Part shown: positions 42,296 to 53,732 of the stretch, piece after piece
Layout of the letters: every line of letters starts with the position of its first letter
Numbering within the stretch: position 1 is the first letter of the stretch
Assembly: GCA_963799775.1 (NCBI GenBank)
Contig: CAWCYD010000003.1
Location: 352,001-416,000, forward strand
Direction of reading: 5' to 3'
Source: an uncultured archaeon
GTDB lineage: Archaea; Thermoproteota; Nitrososphaeria; Nitrososphaerales; Gagatemarchaeaceae
DNA: 64,000 nt
Translations under genes and position numbers: made by a program
Notes under the pieces: model-generated
Seen by the model: the letters and a program-made list of their open reading frames with translations, nothing else
Told to the model about the DNA's origin: nothing
Databases searched by the model: none

Positions 42296-45200
42296 TTGGG
42301 TTATATTCGAAGGCTCGAAGTGAAAGGGTTCAAGTCCTTCGGCCCTCGCCCGCTCACGATAAGCTTCGAACAGGGTCTCAACGTCGTCACAGGACCGAAC
42401 GGGAGCGGCAAGTCCAACATCGCAGACGCGATCCTATTCGCCCTCGGGGAGAACTCGCCCCGGTGCCCTCAGGGCAGCGCAGGGCCGCCTGACTGGGCTG
42501 ATTTATGACCCGAAGAGGGAGGCCGTTGAGGCCGCCCATAAGGAAGCCGAAGGCGAGACCTCAGGTGGTGGCCGGCCCTATTCTGGCGAGGAGCGCCCCT
42601 CAAGCTGCAGGGTAAGCCTGCAGATCGACAACGCCGATAGGAAGATTCCGGTCGACACCGACCTCGTGACGCTAACTAGGGAACTCAAGAACAACGGCGA
42701 GAACTCCTACTACCTTAACGGAAAGAAATCGACAAAGTCGATGATTGCGGACTTCCTCGACGTCTCAGGTCTCTCTCCAAGCGGCCTGAACGTCATCCCG
42801 CAAGGCGCGGCGACCAGGGTCGCCGACCTCACGCCTGATGAGAAGAGGAACATGATTGAGGACGTCATCGGGATTGCAAAGTTCGATGACAAGAAGGCGG
42901 AGGCCCAGAAGCAGCTCTCTCAGGCCGACACAAAGCTGCAGATAGAGCTCGCGCGCACCGGCGAGATGAAGTCCCAGCTGGAGCGGCTCGAGGAGCAGAG
43001 GAACGACCTCGTCAGATTCAACCAGCTCGAGGGACAGCTGAGCTGGCTGAAAGGGGTCCAGACATCCAGAAGGATCTCGGATTTGCGCGAGAAGCTTAGC
43101 TCCAACAGGAAGATGGAGGAGGAGCTGACACTGAGGCTTGAGGAGGTACGAAAGCGAAAGGAGGAGTTCGAGGCACGCGTCGCAGCTCAGACATCGGAGA
43201 AGGAGAAGTTCATCGTAGAGATAGTCCAGGGTGGCGGCGAAGGCCCCACCAGGCTCCGCGACGAGCTCGAGTCGGTCAGGCTCCGCCGTGACCAGCTGAC
43301 GAGCGAGGTGCGCAAGCGCGAGGAGAACACCAGGCGCCTTGAGATGGAGTCGATGCCGACCCTCCGCTCCTTCGTCGCAGAACGAAAGAAGCAGGTCACC
43401 GCTGTCACCTCGACCGTCGAGTCCCTCACCGCCACGGAAGAGAAACTCGAGGGGAGGAGGAAGGAACTGAGCTCCCAGCTTCAGGAGATCCTGGACGCGG
43501 AGGAGGTCCTTCGGGCCACCATCGAACGGAACAGGAAGCAGGCGGAGCGCTACCGGTCAAAGCTCGACCAGCTCACAGAGGAACTCGCGCCGGTGGGCTT
43601 GGAGATCAACGCGGTGCAGGCCGGCCTCGGGGCGGAGAAGAAGAGGGCCGAGGAGCTAGAGTCAAGGGTGAAGAGCTTCACCGAACTTCTCGACAGGCTG
43701 GACAACAACTCCAAGCAGCTCATGGAGCTCCAGACCGAAGAGACGCGGGAGCTCGCCACAATTGACGATGAACCTCTCGAACCTAGAGAAGGAGAGGAAC
43801 CTCATCGAGCAGAGCATCGGCGCCGCGGCCAAGGTCTTGGACAAGGCTTCAGGAGAGGTAGCCACCCAGACCGCCAAGTCCGAGTTCTCGGAGCAGCTCG
43901 GCTCGGACCGCGTCGGCCACAGCAAGCTGAGAGAGCTCTGCGAGGGCGGAGGAGTACCAGGATACGTGGGGATGGTCAATCAACTGATCTCCCTCCCGGC
44001 GCAGTACAGGAAGGCCTGCACCGCCGTCATGGACACTTGGAGCAGCGCGTTCGTCGTCTCGGACGTCCGGTCAATGACCGCCATGATAAAGGCCGGAAAG
44101 AAGCTCAACATCAGCTCGTTCGCCATTATCCCTCTCTCGGAGGTCGCCGACGTGCGAGCCGTCTCGGTGTCAAAGTCTGCAGGGGTGATAGGGCCTCTCT
44201 CAGGAGTCCTAAAGGCCGACAAGGAGTACAGAGGCCTGTTGAACTTCATAGCAGGGGATACGGTCCTCGTAGAATCCGAGGGTATCGCCTACATTCTTGC
44301 GTCAGAAGGGTTCCGGACCGTCACCCCCGACGGCGAGATCTTCGAGCTCGGAGGCAGAGCCTTCGCATTTGGACTACGCGACGCCCTCTCGAAGTGTCCT
44401 CGAGGCGCTCGAAGACATCGAGAACGTCGGAGAGGTCCAGGGCGCCGTAAAGGCCCTGAGGGCGGCCATCGACAAGAGGAAGCAACAGATGGTGTCCCTC
44501 CAGAACGATGACAAGACGCTCACGAAGGACAGGGTCAAGAAGATCGCCTCCGTGGCCGCGCTGAGGGCAGAGGCCGAGACCGTCCTAAGGCTGTCCAAGC
44601 GCTACCGGGCGATGCACCGCTCCATTAACCAGGACTTTGAGTCCCAGATGAGGGCGGTGGAGAAGCTCCAGAGGCGCGAAGCCTCGCTCCAAGTGAAGCA
44701 AGACTCCATGGCCACGGAGATGAAGCTCCTCAAAGAAGGGCTCGCCGAGCTGGAATCACTCGGCCTCGACGGCCACATGGCCGAGATCGAAGGTGCGCGC
44801 AACGACCTCAACCTTCAGCTCAACGAGCTCTCCGCAAAGGTCGGGGAGTTCCATCTCTCCCTCACCAGAGAAAAAGCGAACCTGGAGCAGATGGTGCTAC
44901 CCAACCTCGAGCGCGTCAGGCAAGACCTGGAGGCGAGCGAGATGCAGTACGAGGCTGACAGGCAGTTCATCCAGGCGTCGAGGAAGGAGCTCACCGAGCT
45001 CGGCCACAGGTTCACCGACTTGGACGCGCAGCTGCAGAAGGTCCATCGAGTCTTCCACCAACAGCAGGCCGGTCCTCGAGGAGTTCGACAACAAGATCAG
45101 GCGCCTGAAGGAGGAGGCCTCAGCGGCCGAGAGGTCGGCCTTCAACACTGAGAAGGAGATCTTCGCGCTCCAGCAGGCCGCACTGGCTCTCCAGGACAAG

Positions 45201-45917
45201 GTCGCGGAGCAGCTGAGCAGCTTGAGGTTCTACGGCTACGACGACGTGCTGGATGTCTTCGAGGGGAGCGACCAGCTGCTATCCCAAGTGGAGTTCGAGC
45301 ACGAGGGCCTTGCGATGACCGTGAACAAGAGCTCGGAGAGGGACTACGCGGCGGTCTACGACAGCTACAGGAACCTCTCCCAGAGGATCAACGAACTGGA
45401 GCAGGAGAGGAACTCCATCGTCAGGTTCATCGAGAGCGTGGACTCGGAGAAGAGGAAGGTCTTCGCCTCTGCGTTCGAGACGATAAACAAGGAGTTCGCG
45501 GTCACATTCAAGACGCTCACGACCGGTGAGGCGTGGCTTGAACTGGAGAACAAGGAGGAGATCTTCACAGGCGGGATCTACATGATGGCGAGCTTCAGGG
45601 GCAAGCCGGCCTGGGAGTCGTCCTCGATGTCTGGAGGAGAAAAGTCGGTGACGGCCGTGGCCCTCATACTGGCCATCCAGAGGGTGAACCCGCACCCGTT
45701 CTATCTCTTCGACGAAATCGACCAGAACCTCGACCAGACCAACTCCCAGAGCCTGGCGGACTTCTTCAAGGAGAGGTCGCAGCAGGCGCAGATCATAGTC
45801 GTCTCGCTGAAGGACACGATGGTCTCCCGCAGCGGGATCGCATACGGCGTCTACAACGTGGCTGGGATCTCAAGGATAGTAAGGGCAAAGATGGAGGTGC
45901 AGGTCAAGAGTGGTTGA
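42296..45917 (+). CDS. smc: chromosome segregation protein SMC, ~4 frameshifts
   Basis: [14 protein letters not shown], coiled coils, hinge, [15 protein letters not shown]. Confidence 0.95.
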
Positions 45918-46563
45918 AGGCGGCATCCTGGCCAGGCCACCCCTGAACCTGCTCATCGACCCCAACGCAGCCAAGAGGAAGAGCCCGTGGGAGATCCACA
46001 TCTCCGAGCTCCTCGACATGTTCCTGCAGGCCATCGCCAAGTCTGAGTTCCTCGACCTCCGCGCCGCCGGGACGGCCGCCCTCACCTCTGCGACCATCTA
46101 CAGGTTCAAGGTAGAGTCGCTCTTCTTGTTCGAGAAGCTCCAGCGCGAGAGGAGGATAATGGACGCGGTCGAGCCTCCGCAGATCGTCGTGATGCCCTTC
46201 CGCTATGAGGTCTACTCGACCACGGTCGACGAGCTCTTCGATGCGCTCACGAGGATCCTGGAAGACATAGTGGACAACGACAGAGAGATCTCGACCATAT
46301 CTCCCTCCCTCCTCGAAGAGGGCCCCCCGCCGAATCCCGAGGAGTACCTCATCACCATCCTTTCGAACCTGCAGGCGTTCGCCAAGGCCCTCAGGGAGAG
46401 GGTAGGCCCGCTGGGGAGGATCAAGTTCTCCGACCTGATCGCGGGGATGCCGCTGCTGGAGGCGTCCCGGACCTTCATCCTCCTTCTCTTCTCGGCAATG
46501 AACGGGACAGTCGTCTTGGACCAAGAGGGAGATGACGACCTCTTCGTGATACTCGTGGGTTGA
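45910..46563 (+). CDS. scpA: kleisin ScpA
   Basis: PWEIHISELL, DLRAAGTAAL, FILLLF; follows smc. Confidence 0.85.
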   Translation: MVEGGILARPPLNLLIDPNAAKRKSPWEIHISELLDMFLQAIAKSEFLDLRAAGTAALTSATIYRFKVESLFLFEKLQRERRIMDAVEPPQIVVMPFRYEVYSTTVDELFDALTRILEDIVDNDREISTISPSLLEEGPPPNPEEYLITILSNLQAFAKALRERVGPLGRIKFSDLIAGMPLLEASRTFILLLFSAMNGTVVLDQEGDDDLFVILVG

Positions 46564-46573
46564 TGTCGCAAAG

Positions 46574-47170
46574 ATGAGCGAGTTCCAGGCCCCACCGGGT
46601 CAGCAAGCCCAACAAGAGCAACCGGAGCTGACAGAAGGACAGCCGAAGACGGCCACTGGTGAGGAGGTGAGGGCGCGGATAGAGGCTGCCTTGTACTCGT
46701 CAGGAAGGGCTCTCGACGCTGAGCAGCTGGCCAAGGCAGCTGGAATCACCTCGAAGAAGAGGGCGATCGACGAGGCCAAAGCCATCCAGGCAAGGGTGAA
46801 ATCGACGATGTCCGCGATCGAGGTGGTCGAGTACCCCGGTCAGAGGTTCGCGATGCAGCTCAAGGCGGACTACACCCACGTCGCCAGAAAGTTCGCCACC
46901 AAGCCCTTGTTGTCAAAGGCCGCCCTTCGAACACTCTCTTTCATCGCGTACTTCCAACCCATCTCGAGCGCAGACCTTGCGCTCAGGAGGGGGTCGCAGG
47001 CGTACGACCATGTGAAAGACCTGGAGGAGGTCGGTTTCGTATCGTGGGAGAGGACCGGAAGGTCGAAGCTCTACAATACCACGACCGAGTTCTCCGAGTA
47101 TTTCGGGCTGAGCGTGGATCCGAGCACGCTGAAGCACCAGCTCGAAAGGCGCGCCCTGATTCTCCGGTAG
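46574..47170 (+). CDS. scpB: ScpB
   Basis: IEAALYSSG, LSKAALRTLSFIAYFQPI, TTTEFSEYFG. Confidence 0.92.
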   Translation: MSEFQAPPGQQAQQEQPELTEGQPKTATGEEVRARIEAALYSSGRALDAEQLAKAAGITSKKRAIDEAKAIQARVKSTMSAIEVVEYPGQRFAMQLKADYTHVARKFATKPLLSKAALRTLSFIAYFQPISSADLALRRGSQAYDHVKDLEEVGFVSWERTGRSKLYNTTTEFSEYFGLSVDPSTLKHQLERRALILR

Positions 47171-47232
47171 CCGCCGGGCTGGAAGAAAGGCTTAACACTA
47201 TCCCAGGGTGGGGGCAGCCAGAACGCACTTTG

Positions 47233-47613
47233 GTGAAGGCCGTAGAGAACCTCAGAAAGAGAAAGTTCACAGGAGGGAAGAGGCGCCCGTTCAGGGGAAG
47301 AAAGGCCAGCGAGACGGACGACTATGCGTTCGAGACGGCGGTGGGAGAGACAATCCGCTCCCCAAAGCGGACGAGGGGAGGGAAGTTGAACTTCGGGCTG
47401 CGCTACGCCAACAAGGCCAACATCTATGACCCGTCGACAAGCAAGACGGTGTCCACCGACATTTTGCGCGTCACCGCCAACCCTGCGAACAGGGAGTATG
47501 AGCGCAGAGGCGTCATCACGAGAGGTGCTACGATCGAGACCAAGCTCGGGAAGGCGAAGGTAACCTCCAAGCCAAGCGACGATGGCGTCGTGAACGGCAT
47601 CCTCGCAAAGTGA
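47233..47613 (+). CDS. rps8e: 30S ribosomal protein S8e
   Basis: RKFTGG, NPANREYERRGVITRGATIET.LG.AKVTSKP..DGVVNG. Confidence 0.95.
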   Translation: MKAVENLRKRKFTGGKRRPFRGRKASETDDYAFETAVGETIRSPKRTRGGKLNFGLRYANKANIYDPSTSKTVSTDILRVTANPANREYERRGVITRGATIETKLGKAKVTSKPSDDGVVNGILAK

Positions 47614-47686
47614 AGCGAGAAACAAACACTATATCACTCGCTCATCTCCCGCCACTCACAGTCGAGGCTTCCTTGAGGAGACAGAG

Positions 47687-47986
47687 TTGAAAGAATACGA
47701 GCGGTTCGTCGTCTGGCTCGACTACCTGGATTCTGAGAAGAAGAGGAACGAGGGAAGGCGTGTCCCCTTGAACTCCTGCGTGCGCACGCCGACGCTCGAC
47801 GAGGTGACACAAGCGTGCAAAAGGCTGAACCTCGACCCCCAGCCGCAGAAGGCCTTTCATCCAAAAGCTTCGCGACGAGAGTCAGGATACGTCTCGGTCA
47901 AGAAGCAGGGACACAAGCAACAGCAGTTGATCGCGATAGCGAGGGAATTGTCGAAAATCAGAGGCTCTCAGCCGAAGAAAGTTTAA
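47687..47986 (+). CDS. srp19: signal recognition particle protein SRP19
   Basis: VWLDYLDSEKKRNEGRRVP, HP, SGYV. Confidence 0.92.
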   Translation: MKEYERFVVWLDYLDSEKKRNEGRRVPLNSCVRTPTLDEVTQACKRLNLDPQPQKAFHPKASRRESGYVSVKKQGHKQQQLIAIARELSKIRGSQPKKV

Positions 47987-48015
47987 AGGCAAGCTTCGTC
48001 TCTTTGTCAAGTTTA

Positions 48016-48241
48016 ATGCAGGAAGTTGGCGAAGGTCATCCACAGAGCAAGAAGCGGAAGGCTGATTATCCGTCTGACGCAAAGAGTCGAACCAGGCTCG
48101 GTACTCTTGGATTCAAAGGGCAGGAACGCCGCCAAGGTCTACGAGCTCATAGGGCCAGTATCGAGACCGTACGCCTCTGCCGCGCCTGCAAGTGACCGGA
48201 GCGACACGGGGAAGGAAGGCCGGAAGCTCTTCCTCGGGTGA
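48016..48241 (+). CDS. gar1: H/ACA RNP protein Gar1, 1-nt frameshift ~48033
   Basis: MQEVGE / VIH..RSGRLI, ELIGPVSRPY. Confidence 0.85.
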
Positions 48242-48250
48242 GTCCGAGCA

Positions 48251-49195
48251 GTGTGGGACCCAAAGGCAGACTCCGAACTCTACCGCACAGATTGTCCCAA
48301 CTGTGGCGACAGGCTCATCGGTGACTCTGAGAAAGGAGAGCAGGTCTGCCAGGCTTGCGGATACGTCGCCGCGGCGGGAGCCGACCAAGGGCCTGAATGG
48401 AAGGCGATCGACCTCGAGGAGAAGAGCAAGCGGGTGAGGGTCGGGTCGCCCACGACTTTGACACTCCATGACCTAGGTCTCTCTACCGACATCGGCAGCG
48501 ACATGCGCGACTCACACGGCAAGTATCTCGACCCCACGATGCGCGCCACCGTCGAGAAGATGAAGAAGTGGCAGAGCCGCATCAGGACGATCAACAGCCA
48601 GGAGAGGGGGCTCTCCATAGTGCTCGCAAAGATCACGGAGGTTTGCGACAACCTCAACCTCCCACGCAACGTCGCAGAGACCGCCGCCCACATCTACAGG
48701 ACCTCGGTCAAGCTCAAGGTGGCCAAGTCCAAGTCCATCATGGGGATGACCGCGGCGACAGTCTACCTCGCGTGCAGAAAATGCGGCGTCAGCAGGACGC
48801 TCAAAGAGGTCGCAAGGGCCGCCGGGATAGAGAAGGGGTCCGTCGCGAAATATTTCAGGCTGATATTGAAAGACGTCGAGAAGGAGTACGTTCCTCCGGC
48901 GTCCGTGGAGAAGCACATCTCGAAGCTCGTGAACCTCGCGAAGATCGACCCGCGCGTGGAGCACCTAGCCCTGCAGCTCTCTCGCATGACGAACGACTCC
49001 AGGATCTCGAGCGGGAAGGCTCCCGCCGGGCTCGCTGCGGCCTACGTCTACATGTCCTCGGTAATGAGAGGCGAACACCTCCCGCAGAGAGAGGTGGCAG
49101 AGTTCGCGGAGGTCACAGAGGTCACGGTCAGAAACCGATGCAGGGAACTACTCGACAACTACATTATAAGGCAGAAAGTTGGATGGACAGAGTAG
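48251..49195 (+). CDS. tfb: transcription initiation factor TFB
   Basis: CPNCG...CQACG ribbon, GPEW, HDLGLST, two cyclin repeats. Confidence 0.96.
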   Translation: MWDPKADSELYRTDCPNCGDRLIGDSEKGEQVCQACGYVAAAGADQGPEWKAIDLEEKSKRVRVGSPTTLTLHDLGLSTDIGSDMRDSHGKYLDPTMRATVEKMKKWQSRIRTINSQERGLSIVLAKITEVCDNLNLPRNVAETAAHIYRTSVKLKVAKSKSIMGMTAATVYLACRKCGVSRTLKEVARAAGIEKGSVAKYFRLILKDVEKEYVPPASVEKHISKLVNLAKIDPRVEHLALQLSRMTNDSRISSGKAPAGLAAAYVYMSSVMRGEHLPQREVAEFAEVTEVTVRNRCRELLDNYIIRQKVGWTE

Positions 49196-49705
49196 TTGCC
49201 AAAAGGCGAGAAGAGCGCGAAAGCCAAGGCCAAGTCGCCAAAGACCTCAACCCCTGAAGCGCAGACAGAGAAGGCCGCTGATAAGAAGCAGAAGCCTGTC
49301 CCAAGAACAGAGAAGACAGAGGAAGAGCTAGTCGACCTGACCTCGAGGGTCTACAAGCTCGTAGTAGAGAGAGGCAAGGACGGCGTCCTCCAGAGCGAGA
49401 TCTGGAAGGAGCTAGGCTTGACGAGCAGGGACGGCTCGAGGCTTGCGATCAGGCTCGAGAAGCGAGGGATGATACGGCGAGTGAAGGTCCTCGACGACGG
49501 AAGGTGGACCTACAAGCTCACCCCCCTCAGGCTGCCGGCGAACATCTCCTCGATGGAGTCCGCGCCATGCATCGTCTGCCCGGTGGAGTCCAAGTGCTCC
49601 GTCACGACAGAGATCAATCCGCTCACCTGCCCTCTGATAGGGCCGTGGGTCATCAAGGAATACGCGGCCTCCAAGTCCATAGAGGTCGCCCCGGCTGTCG
49701 TCTAG
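49196..49705 (+). CDS. TFE beta / RPC34-like wHTH + Fe-S protein
   Basis: GVLQSEIWKELGLTSRDGSR...TYKL; PCIVCPVESKC...PLTC; directly after tfb. Confidence 0.82.
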   Translation: MPKGEKSAKAKAKSPKTSTPEAQTEKAADKKQKPVPRTEKTEEELVDLTSRVYKLVVERGKDGVLQSEIWKELGLTSRDGSRLAIRLEKRGMIRRVKVLDDGRWTYKLTPLRLPANISSMESAPCIVCPVESKCSVTTEINPLTCPLIGPWVIKEYAASKSIEVAPAVV

Positions 49706-49711
49706 TTCACG

Positions 49712-50305
49712 ATGAGGCTCCAGGACGCGAAAAAGGACCCGTACAGAAGACTCGCGCGCGAAGAGGGCTACAAGAGCCGGGCGGCCTACAAGCTCCTCGA
49801 GGTCGTGAGGAAGCACAATCTCATCCAGAGCGGCGACGTGGTCCTAGACTTCGGGGCAGCCCCTGGGGGTTGGTTGCAGGTGGCAGCCGAGGCGGTGGGC
49901 GAATCGGGACTGGTGGTGGGAGTGGACATCGATCCCGTCGAGCTGGACCAGGAGAACATCGTCACGATCCAGTCCGACGTCAAGTCCCCCGAGCTCTCCC
50001 TTCGACTCGAGAAGACGCTCCCCAGGAAGGCAGACGTGGTTCTCTCAGACCTCGCCCCCCAGGTCACGGGCACCTGGGGCCTGGACCACTTCAGGCAGAC
50101 CGAAATCACGCTCTCCGCCGTCTCTCTCATGGCCGGCTTCCTTCGCAAGGGAGGGAACGCGATGTTCAAGGTATTCGACGGAGAGCGGTTCGGGGAGATT
50201 CGGTCCACGCTAACCAAGCAGTTCCGCATCGTGCAGGTGACGAAGCCAAAGGCCAGCAGGCGCTCCAGCGCAGAGGTCTACCTCGTCTGCTTCGGCTATC
50301 TGTAA
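49712..50305 (+). CDS. rlmE: 23S rRNA 2'-O-methyltransferase RlmE/FtsJ
   Basis: GYKSRAAYKL, DFGAAPGGW, SDLAP, KPKASR..SAE. Confidence 0.93.
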   Translation: MRLQDAKKDPYRRLAREEGYKSRAAYKLLEVVRKHNLIQSGDVVLDFGAAPGGWLQVAAEAVGESGLVVGVDIDPVELDQENIVTIQSDVKSPELSLRLEKTLPRKADVVLSDLAPQVTGTWGLDHFRQTEITLSAVSLMAGFLRKGGNAMFKVFDGERFGEIRSTLTKQFRIVQVTKPKASRRSSAEVYLVCFGYL

Positions 50306-50369
50306 AGTGAGACCTTTCCTCCATAGGACTCTTAAGCCAAAAGCGCGTCCTTTCTCGCAGGGGACGACG

Positions 50370-51938
50370 ATGCACAGGGTCACGATGCTGAGCGCGCTCC
50401 TCGTAGGGCTGCTGGGACTGTCCATCGCGAGCGGAGTTGCCGCATCGTTCGCCGCCGCTGCCCCCAACACTTCGACCGTGGCCGTCGGGACCGCCCCTTC
50501 GGCGATGGTCTACGATGGCAGCAACGGGAACATCTACGTCGCGAACTCCAACTCCAGCTCGGTCTCGGTCATCAGCGGGACGGCGGTGTTGGCCACCGTC
50601 GGGGTCGGCTCGGGCCCCTCGGCCTTGGCATACGACCCTTCGAACGGCTACGTCTATGTCAGCGACACGAACTCGAGCACCGTGTCCGTGATCTCCGGGA
50701 CTACGCTTGTAGGCAGTGTGGGGGTCGGCTCAGGCCCGACGTCCCTCGCATTTGACGCGTCCAACGGCTACGTCTACGTCTCTGACACCAACGTCAAGGG
50801 GAGTGCGAGCCTCCCGGACAACGTGACGGTGATATCTGGGACCACGGTGGTGTCCACAATCTCTGTCGGGTACCTGCCCTCATCGATAATCTACGACCCC
50901 TCGAACGCGTACGTCTACGTGGCGGTCGGGGGCTCCGGCGTGGTCGACGAGATCTCAGGGACCACGGTCGCCGCGACGACGCCCAAGCTCTCCTCGCCCG
51001 GTCCGCTGATCTTCGACCCTAACAACGCTGCGGTCTACGTCGGCAATCTCGGATCTGGGACGGTCTCGGAGATACTCGGGAGCACTCTGGCGGCCAACGT
51101 CACGGTGGGGGTCGACCCTTTATCGATGGCGTTCGACTCTGGCGACAACGACGTCTACGTGGCAAACTTCGACAGCTCAAGCGTCGACGCGATCTCAGGA
51201 TCCTCTATCATGGGAAACCTGACCCTCGGGTTGTTCCCTTCATCGACGATCTACGATGCCTCTGACCAGTCCGTGTACGTCGCAAGCGCCAACCCGGCGG
51301 CGACCCAAGGCACCCTTTGGCAGGTCGAGGGCACCACCCTGATCGGGAACATGACGCTGGGTCCCGAGCCAAGGCCCCTGGGCCCTCAACACATGGTCTA
51401 CGATTCGGCGAACGGAGACCTCTACGTCGCCAACGTCGAATCGGGCAGCGTCCTTGTGATACCTACGGGCGCCCCGGTCAGCTCCACAACGTCAATCACG
51501 TCTACCTCTACGACGTCCACGACGACAACGAGCTCGAGTTCATCGAGCCCCTCCTCTACCACCTCGACGACGTCGGCGTCCAGCACGACGACGAGTTCGT
51601 CGACGACAACCACGGCAACGGCCAGCACCAGCAGCAGCTCGACCACGTCGAGCTCGAGCAGCAGCAGCTCGACTACATCGAGCACCACCGTCTCGCCGCC
51701 GAGCTCAACCTCCACGTCCACCAGCTCGGGAGCTTCCTCGACTCAGACTTCGCCAACGCCTTCTTCGACGTCCTCTACACCGTCTCACACCTCGTCGAGC
51801 AGCACCTCGCCAAGCGTGGCGTCCTCGACCCAGCTCCCGTCTGCCTCCAGCCAACCCACCATCTATGTGGCCGGGGCACTGGGTCTCCTGGGTGCGATCC
51901 TTGTCGCCTCCGCCGTCTTGTTGAGACGACCGCGGTAG
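50370..51938 (+). CDS. YncE/YVTN-type beta-propeller surface protein with Ser/Thr stalk and C-terminal TM anchor
   Basis: ~8 repeats of VG..P..(L/M).(Y/F)D.SNG.VYV; long S/T tract ~51480-51860. Confidence 0.88.
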   Translation: MHRVTMLSALLVGLLGLSIASGVAASFAAAAPNTSTVAVGTAPSAMVYDGSNGNIYVANSNSSSVSVISGTAVLATVGVGSGPSALAYDPSNGYVYVSDTNSSTVSVISGTTLVGSVGVGSGPTSLAFDASNGYVYVSDTNVKGSASLPDNVTVISGTTVVSTISVGYLPSSIIYDPSNAYVYVAVGGSGVVDEISGTTVAATTPKLSSPGPLIFDPNNAAVYVGNLGSGTVSEILGSTLAANVTVGVDPLSMAFDSGDNDVYVANFDSSSVDAISGSSIMGNLTLGLFPSSTIYDASDQSVYVASANPAATQGTLWQVEGTTLIGNMTLGPEPRPLGPQHMVYDSANGDLYVANVESGSVLVIPTGAPVSSTTSITSTSTTSTTTTSSSSSSPSSTTSTTSASSTTTSSSTTTTATASTSSSSTTSSSSSSSSTTSSTTVSPPSSTSTSTSSGASSTQTSPTPSSTSSTPSHTSSSSTSPSVASSTQLPSASSQPTIYVAGALGLLGAILVASAVLLRRPR

Positions 51939-51948
51939 TGCTCGTGCT

Positions 51949-53091
51949 CTAGCGCGAGGCCTTCCTGACTGCCACGAGGAGCTCTTCGTAACTTGCGTCC
52001 GTCTTCAGTCCGGACGACCCGAAAGGCTGCCGCATCGCCGACCGTCCGGAACCCTCGAGCTCCTCAACGACGCTCTGGAACTTCACTGAAGAGACCTTCT
52101 CCCTCGACGTGATCCTCTCGAGGGAGAACCCGAAAGGAGGGAAGCGGTCGCAAGACTTCAGAGCCTCCATCGCGCGGGCGGCTTCCCTCCACCCTTGAGA
52201 GGAGCAATATCGGAGGGACTCCCCGACCGCCGCCTCGTCCACCAGCTCTCCCAGCCATTGCGGGCCTATCGACCTGGCCTTGCTTCCGCAGCGCTGGCAC
52301 AGAGCGACAGGCGAGGGCGAGAGAGCGTTCTCGTGGCAGCTCGCGCAGGTCACGACGTATCCCAGCTGTCTGATGCACGAATCCGAGGCGGCCGCACCTC
52401 TGGAGCACCTGAAGTAGACGCGCAAGTAGTGGAGCGTAGAGTGCGCAGCCATGGGCTGGAGTCCGATGTCGAGCACCCCGCCCATCCTCGCACAGAACCC
52501 CAAGAGCACCCTGACAGCCGCCTCGTGGGAGAACTCGCTCCTGCTGACCAGCGCGCCGTACCTCCTAAGCGCGACCCTAGGATAGACACCGCACAGGGTC
52601 GCCGTGTCTGTCGCTGTCATGGAGACGATGCCCTGGTCCTGCGCCGCGGTCAGCGCTCCCTGGACATAGGGGGCCGGGGTGCCGAACGGGTCGATGTCCA
52701 CCGCGTCGAACCGCTCCGCCCTCCCAAATCTGGAGCTGAGGTAAGCGCTGGACTCCTCGTGGACCATGGCACACCTTCCCGCCAATCGGTTCACCTTGAC
52801 GTTCTTGGCCGCGATCTTCGCTGAGACCTCGTTGAACTCGACCAGCGTGACCTCGACCTCGGATGTCGCCTCGTTGGCGACGCGCACCCCTCTGGCTCCG
52901 GTCCCAGCCAGCGCGTCCAGGAAGCTTCGAGGCTCTGTCGCCCTCGCGATCGCGACGGAGACGTCTCTGTTTACCCTCGCGGCAGGGTTGAAGAAGGCCG
53001 GGAAAGTCTTCGGCTCTCGGCCACTGAGGCTCTCTTTGGGAACGAAGAGGTCGGTCGAGCCTTCGCGTATGAGCTCGAGCTCCGGGAGCAT
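51949..53091 (-). CDS. trm1: tRNA (guanine26-N2)-dimethyltransferase
   Basis: FFNPAARVNRD, LAGTGARG, DIDPFGTP, TATD, HYLR, Zn ribbon. Confidence 0.93.
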   Translation of the reverse strand: MLPELELIREGSTDLFVPKESLSGREPKTFPAFFNPAARVNRDVSVAIARATEPRSFLDALAGTGARGVRVANEATSEVEVTLVEFNEVSAKIAAKNVKVNRLAGRCAMVHEESSAYLSSRFGRAERFDAVDIDPFGTPAPYVQGALTAAQDQGIVSMTATDTATLCGVYPRVALRRYGALVSRSEFSHEAAVRVLLGFCARMGGVLDIGLQPMAAHSTLHYLRVYFRCSRGAAASDSCIRQLGYVVTCASCHENALSPSPVALCQRCGSKARSIGPQWLGELVDEAAVGESLRYCSSQGWREAARAMEALKSCDRFPPFGFSLERITSREKVSSVKFQSVVEELEGSGRSAMRQPFGSSGLKTDASYEELLVAVRKASR

Positions 53092-53152
53092 CGGAGCCTC
53101 GCCGCTCACTGCGAAGCATTTAAGCCCCGTGCGGAGGTTTCGACATGAAAAC

Positions 53153-53698
53153 TTGAGTTCATCCGGAAAGATCTGGCTGGTCACAGGCCCGCCAGGGATA
53201 GGAAAATCCACCCTGGTGGCGAAGGTAGTCTACGCGGTCAGGTCAAGAGGGCATGCGGTGGGAGGATGCCTCACAAGAGAGGTGAGGGTCGGAAGGGAGC
53301 GCACAGGATTCATGCTCATCGACCTCCTTAGCGGCAACGAGGCCGAGCTCGCCTCTGTGAAGGGACTGGGACCGAGGGTCGGCAGATACAGGGTCAACAT
53401 CAAGAACCTATCTGGCCTCGGGGCAAGCTCCCTTCTGAGGGCCGCCGAGCTAGCGGACTTCATCGTGATTGACGAGGTAGGCCCTATGGAGCTCACGAGC
53501 CCCGAGTTCAGGAAAGGCGTGAGCGCCTGCCTCAAGACAGCCAAGCCCATGCTCATCGTGCTCCACGAGAGCATGAAAGACCCGTTGATGACGGAGATCA
53601 CCGGGCAGACGAACAAGGAGCTCGTCGAGCTGACGCTCCACAACAGGGAGAAGATGGCGAATGAGCTTCCGGCGGAGATTTCATCAAGTCTGGGGTAA
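53153..53698 (+). CDS. nucleoside triphosphatase (THEP1/NTPase_1)
   Basis: TGPPGIGKST, TREVR, RVGRYRV, IDEVGPMEL. Confidence 0.92.
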   Translation: MSSSGKIWLVTGPPGIGKSTLVAKVVYAVRSRGHAVGGCLTREVRVGRERTGFMLIDLLSGNEAELASVKGLGPRVGRYRVNIKNLSGLGASSLLRAAELADFIVIDEVGPMELTSPEFRKGVSACLKTAKPMLIVLHESMKDPLMTEITGQTNKELVELTLHNREKMANELPAEISSSLG

Positions 53699-53732
53699 GG
53701 CGCCTGCGAGACACGCTCGCCGGCGTCGCGGC

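Noticed and set aside
42515-42600. In-frame ~25-aa extra loop in the SMC head as a possible third intron
   Set aside because: Frame is preserved, the peptide is a plausible flexible loop, and I could not build a clean 3-4-3 BHB.
51480-51860. Repetitive TCG/ACG/AGC-rich tract as a repeat array or CRISPR
   Set aside because: It encodes the Ser/Thr stalk of the surface protein; no repeat-spacer structure.
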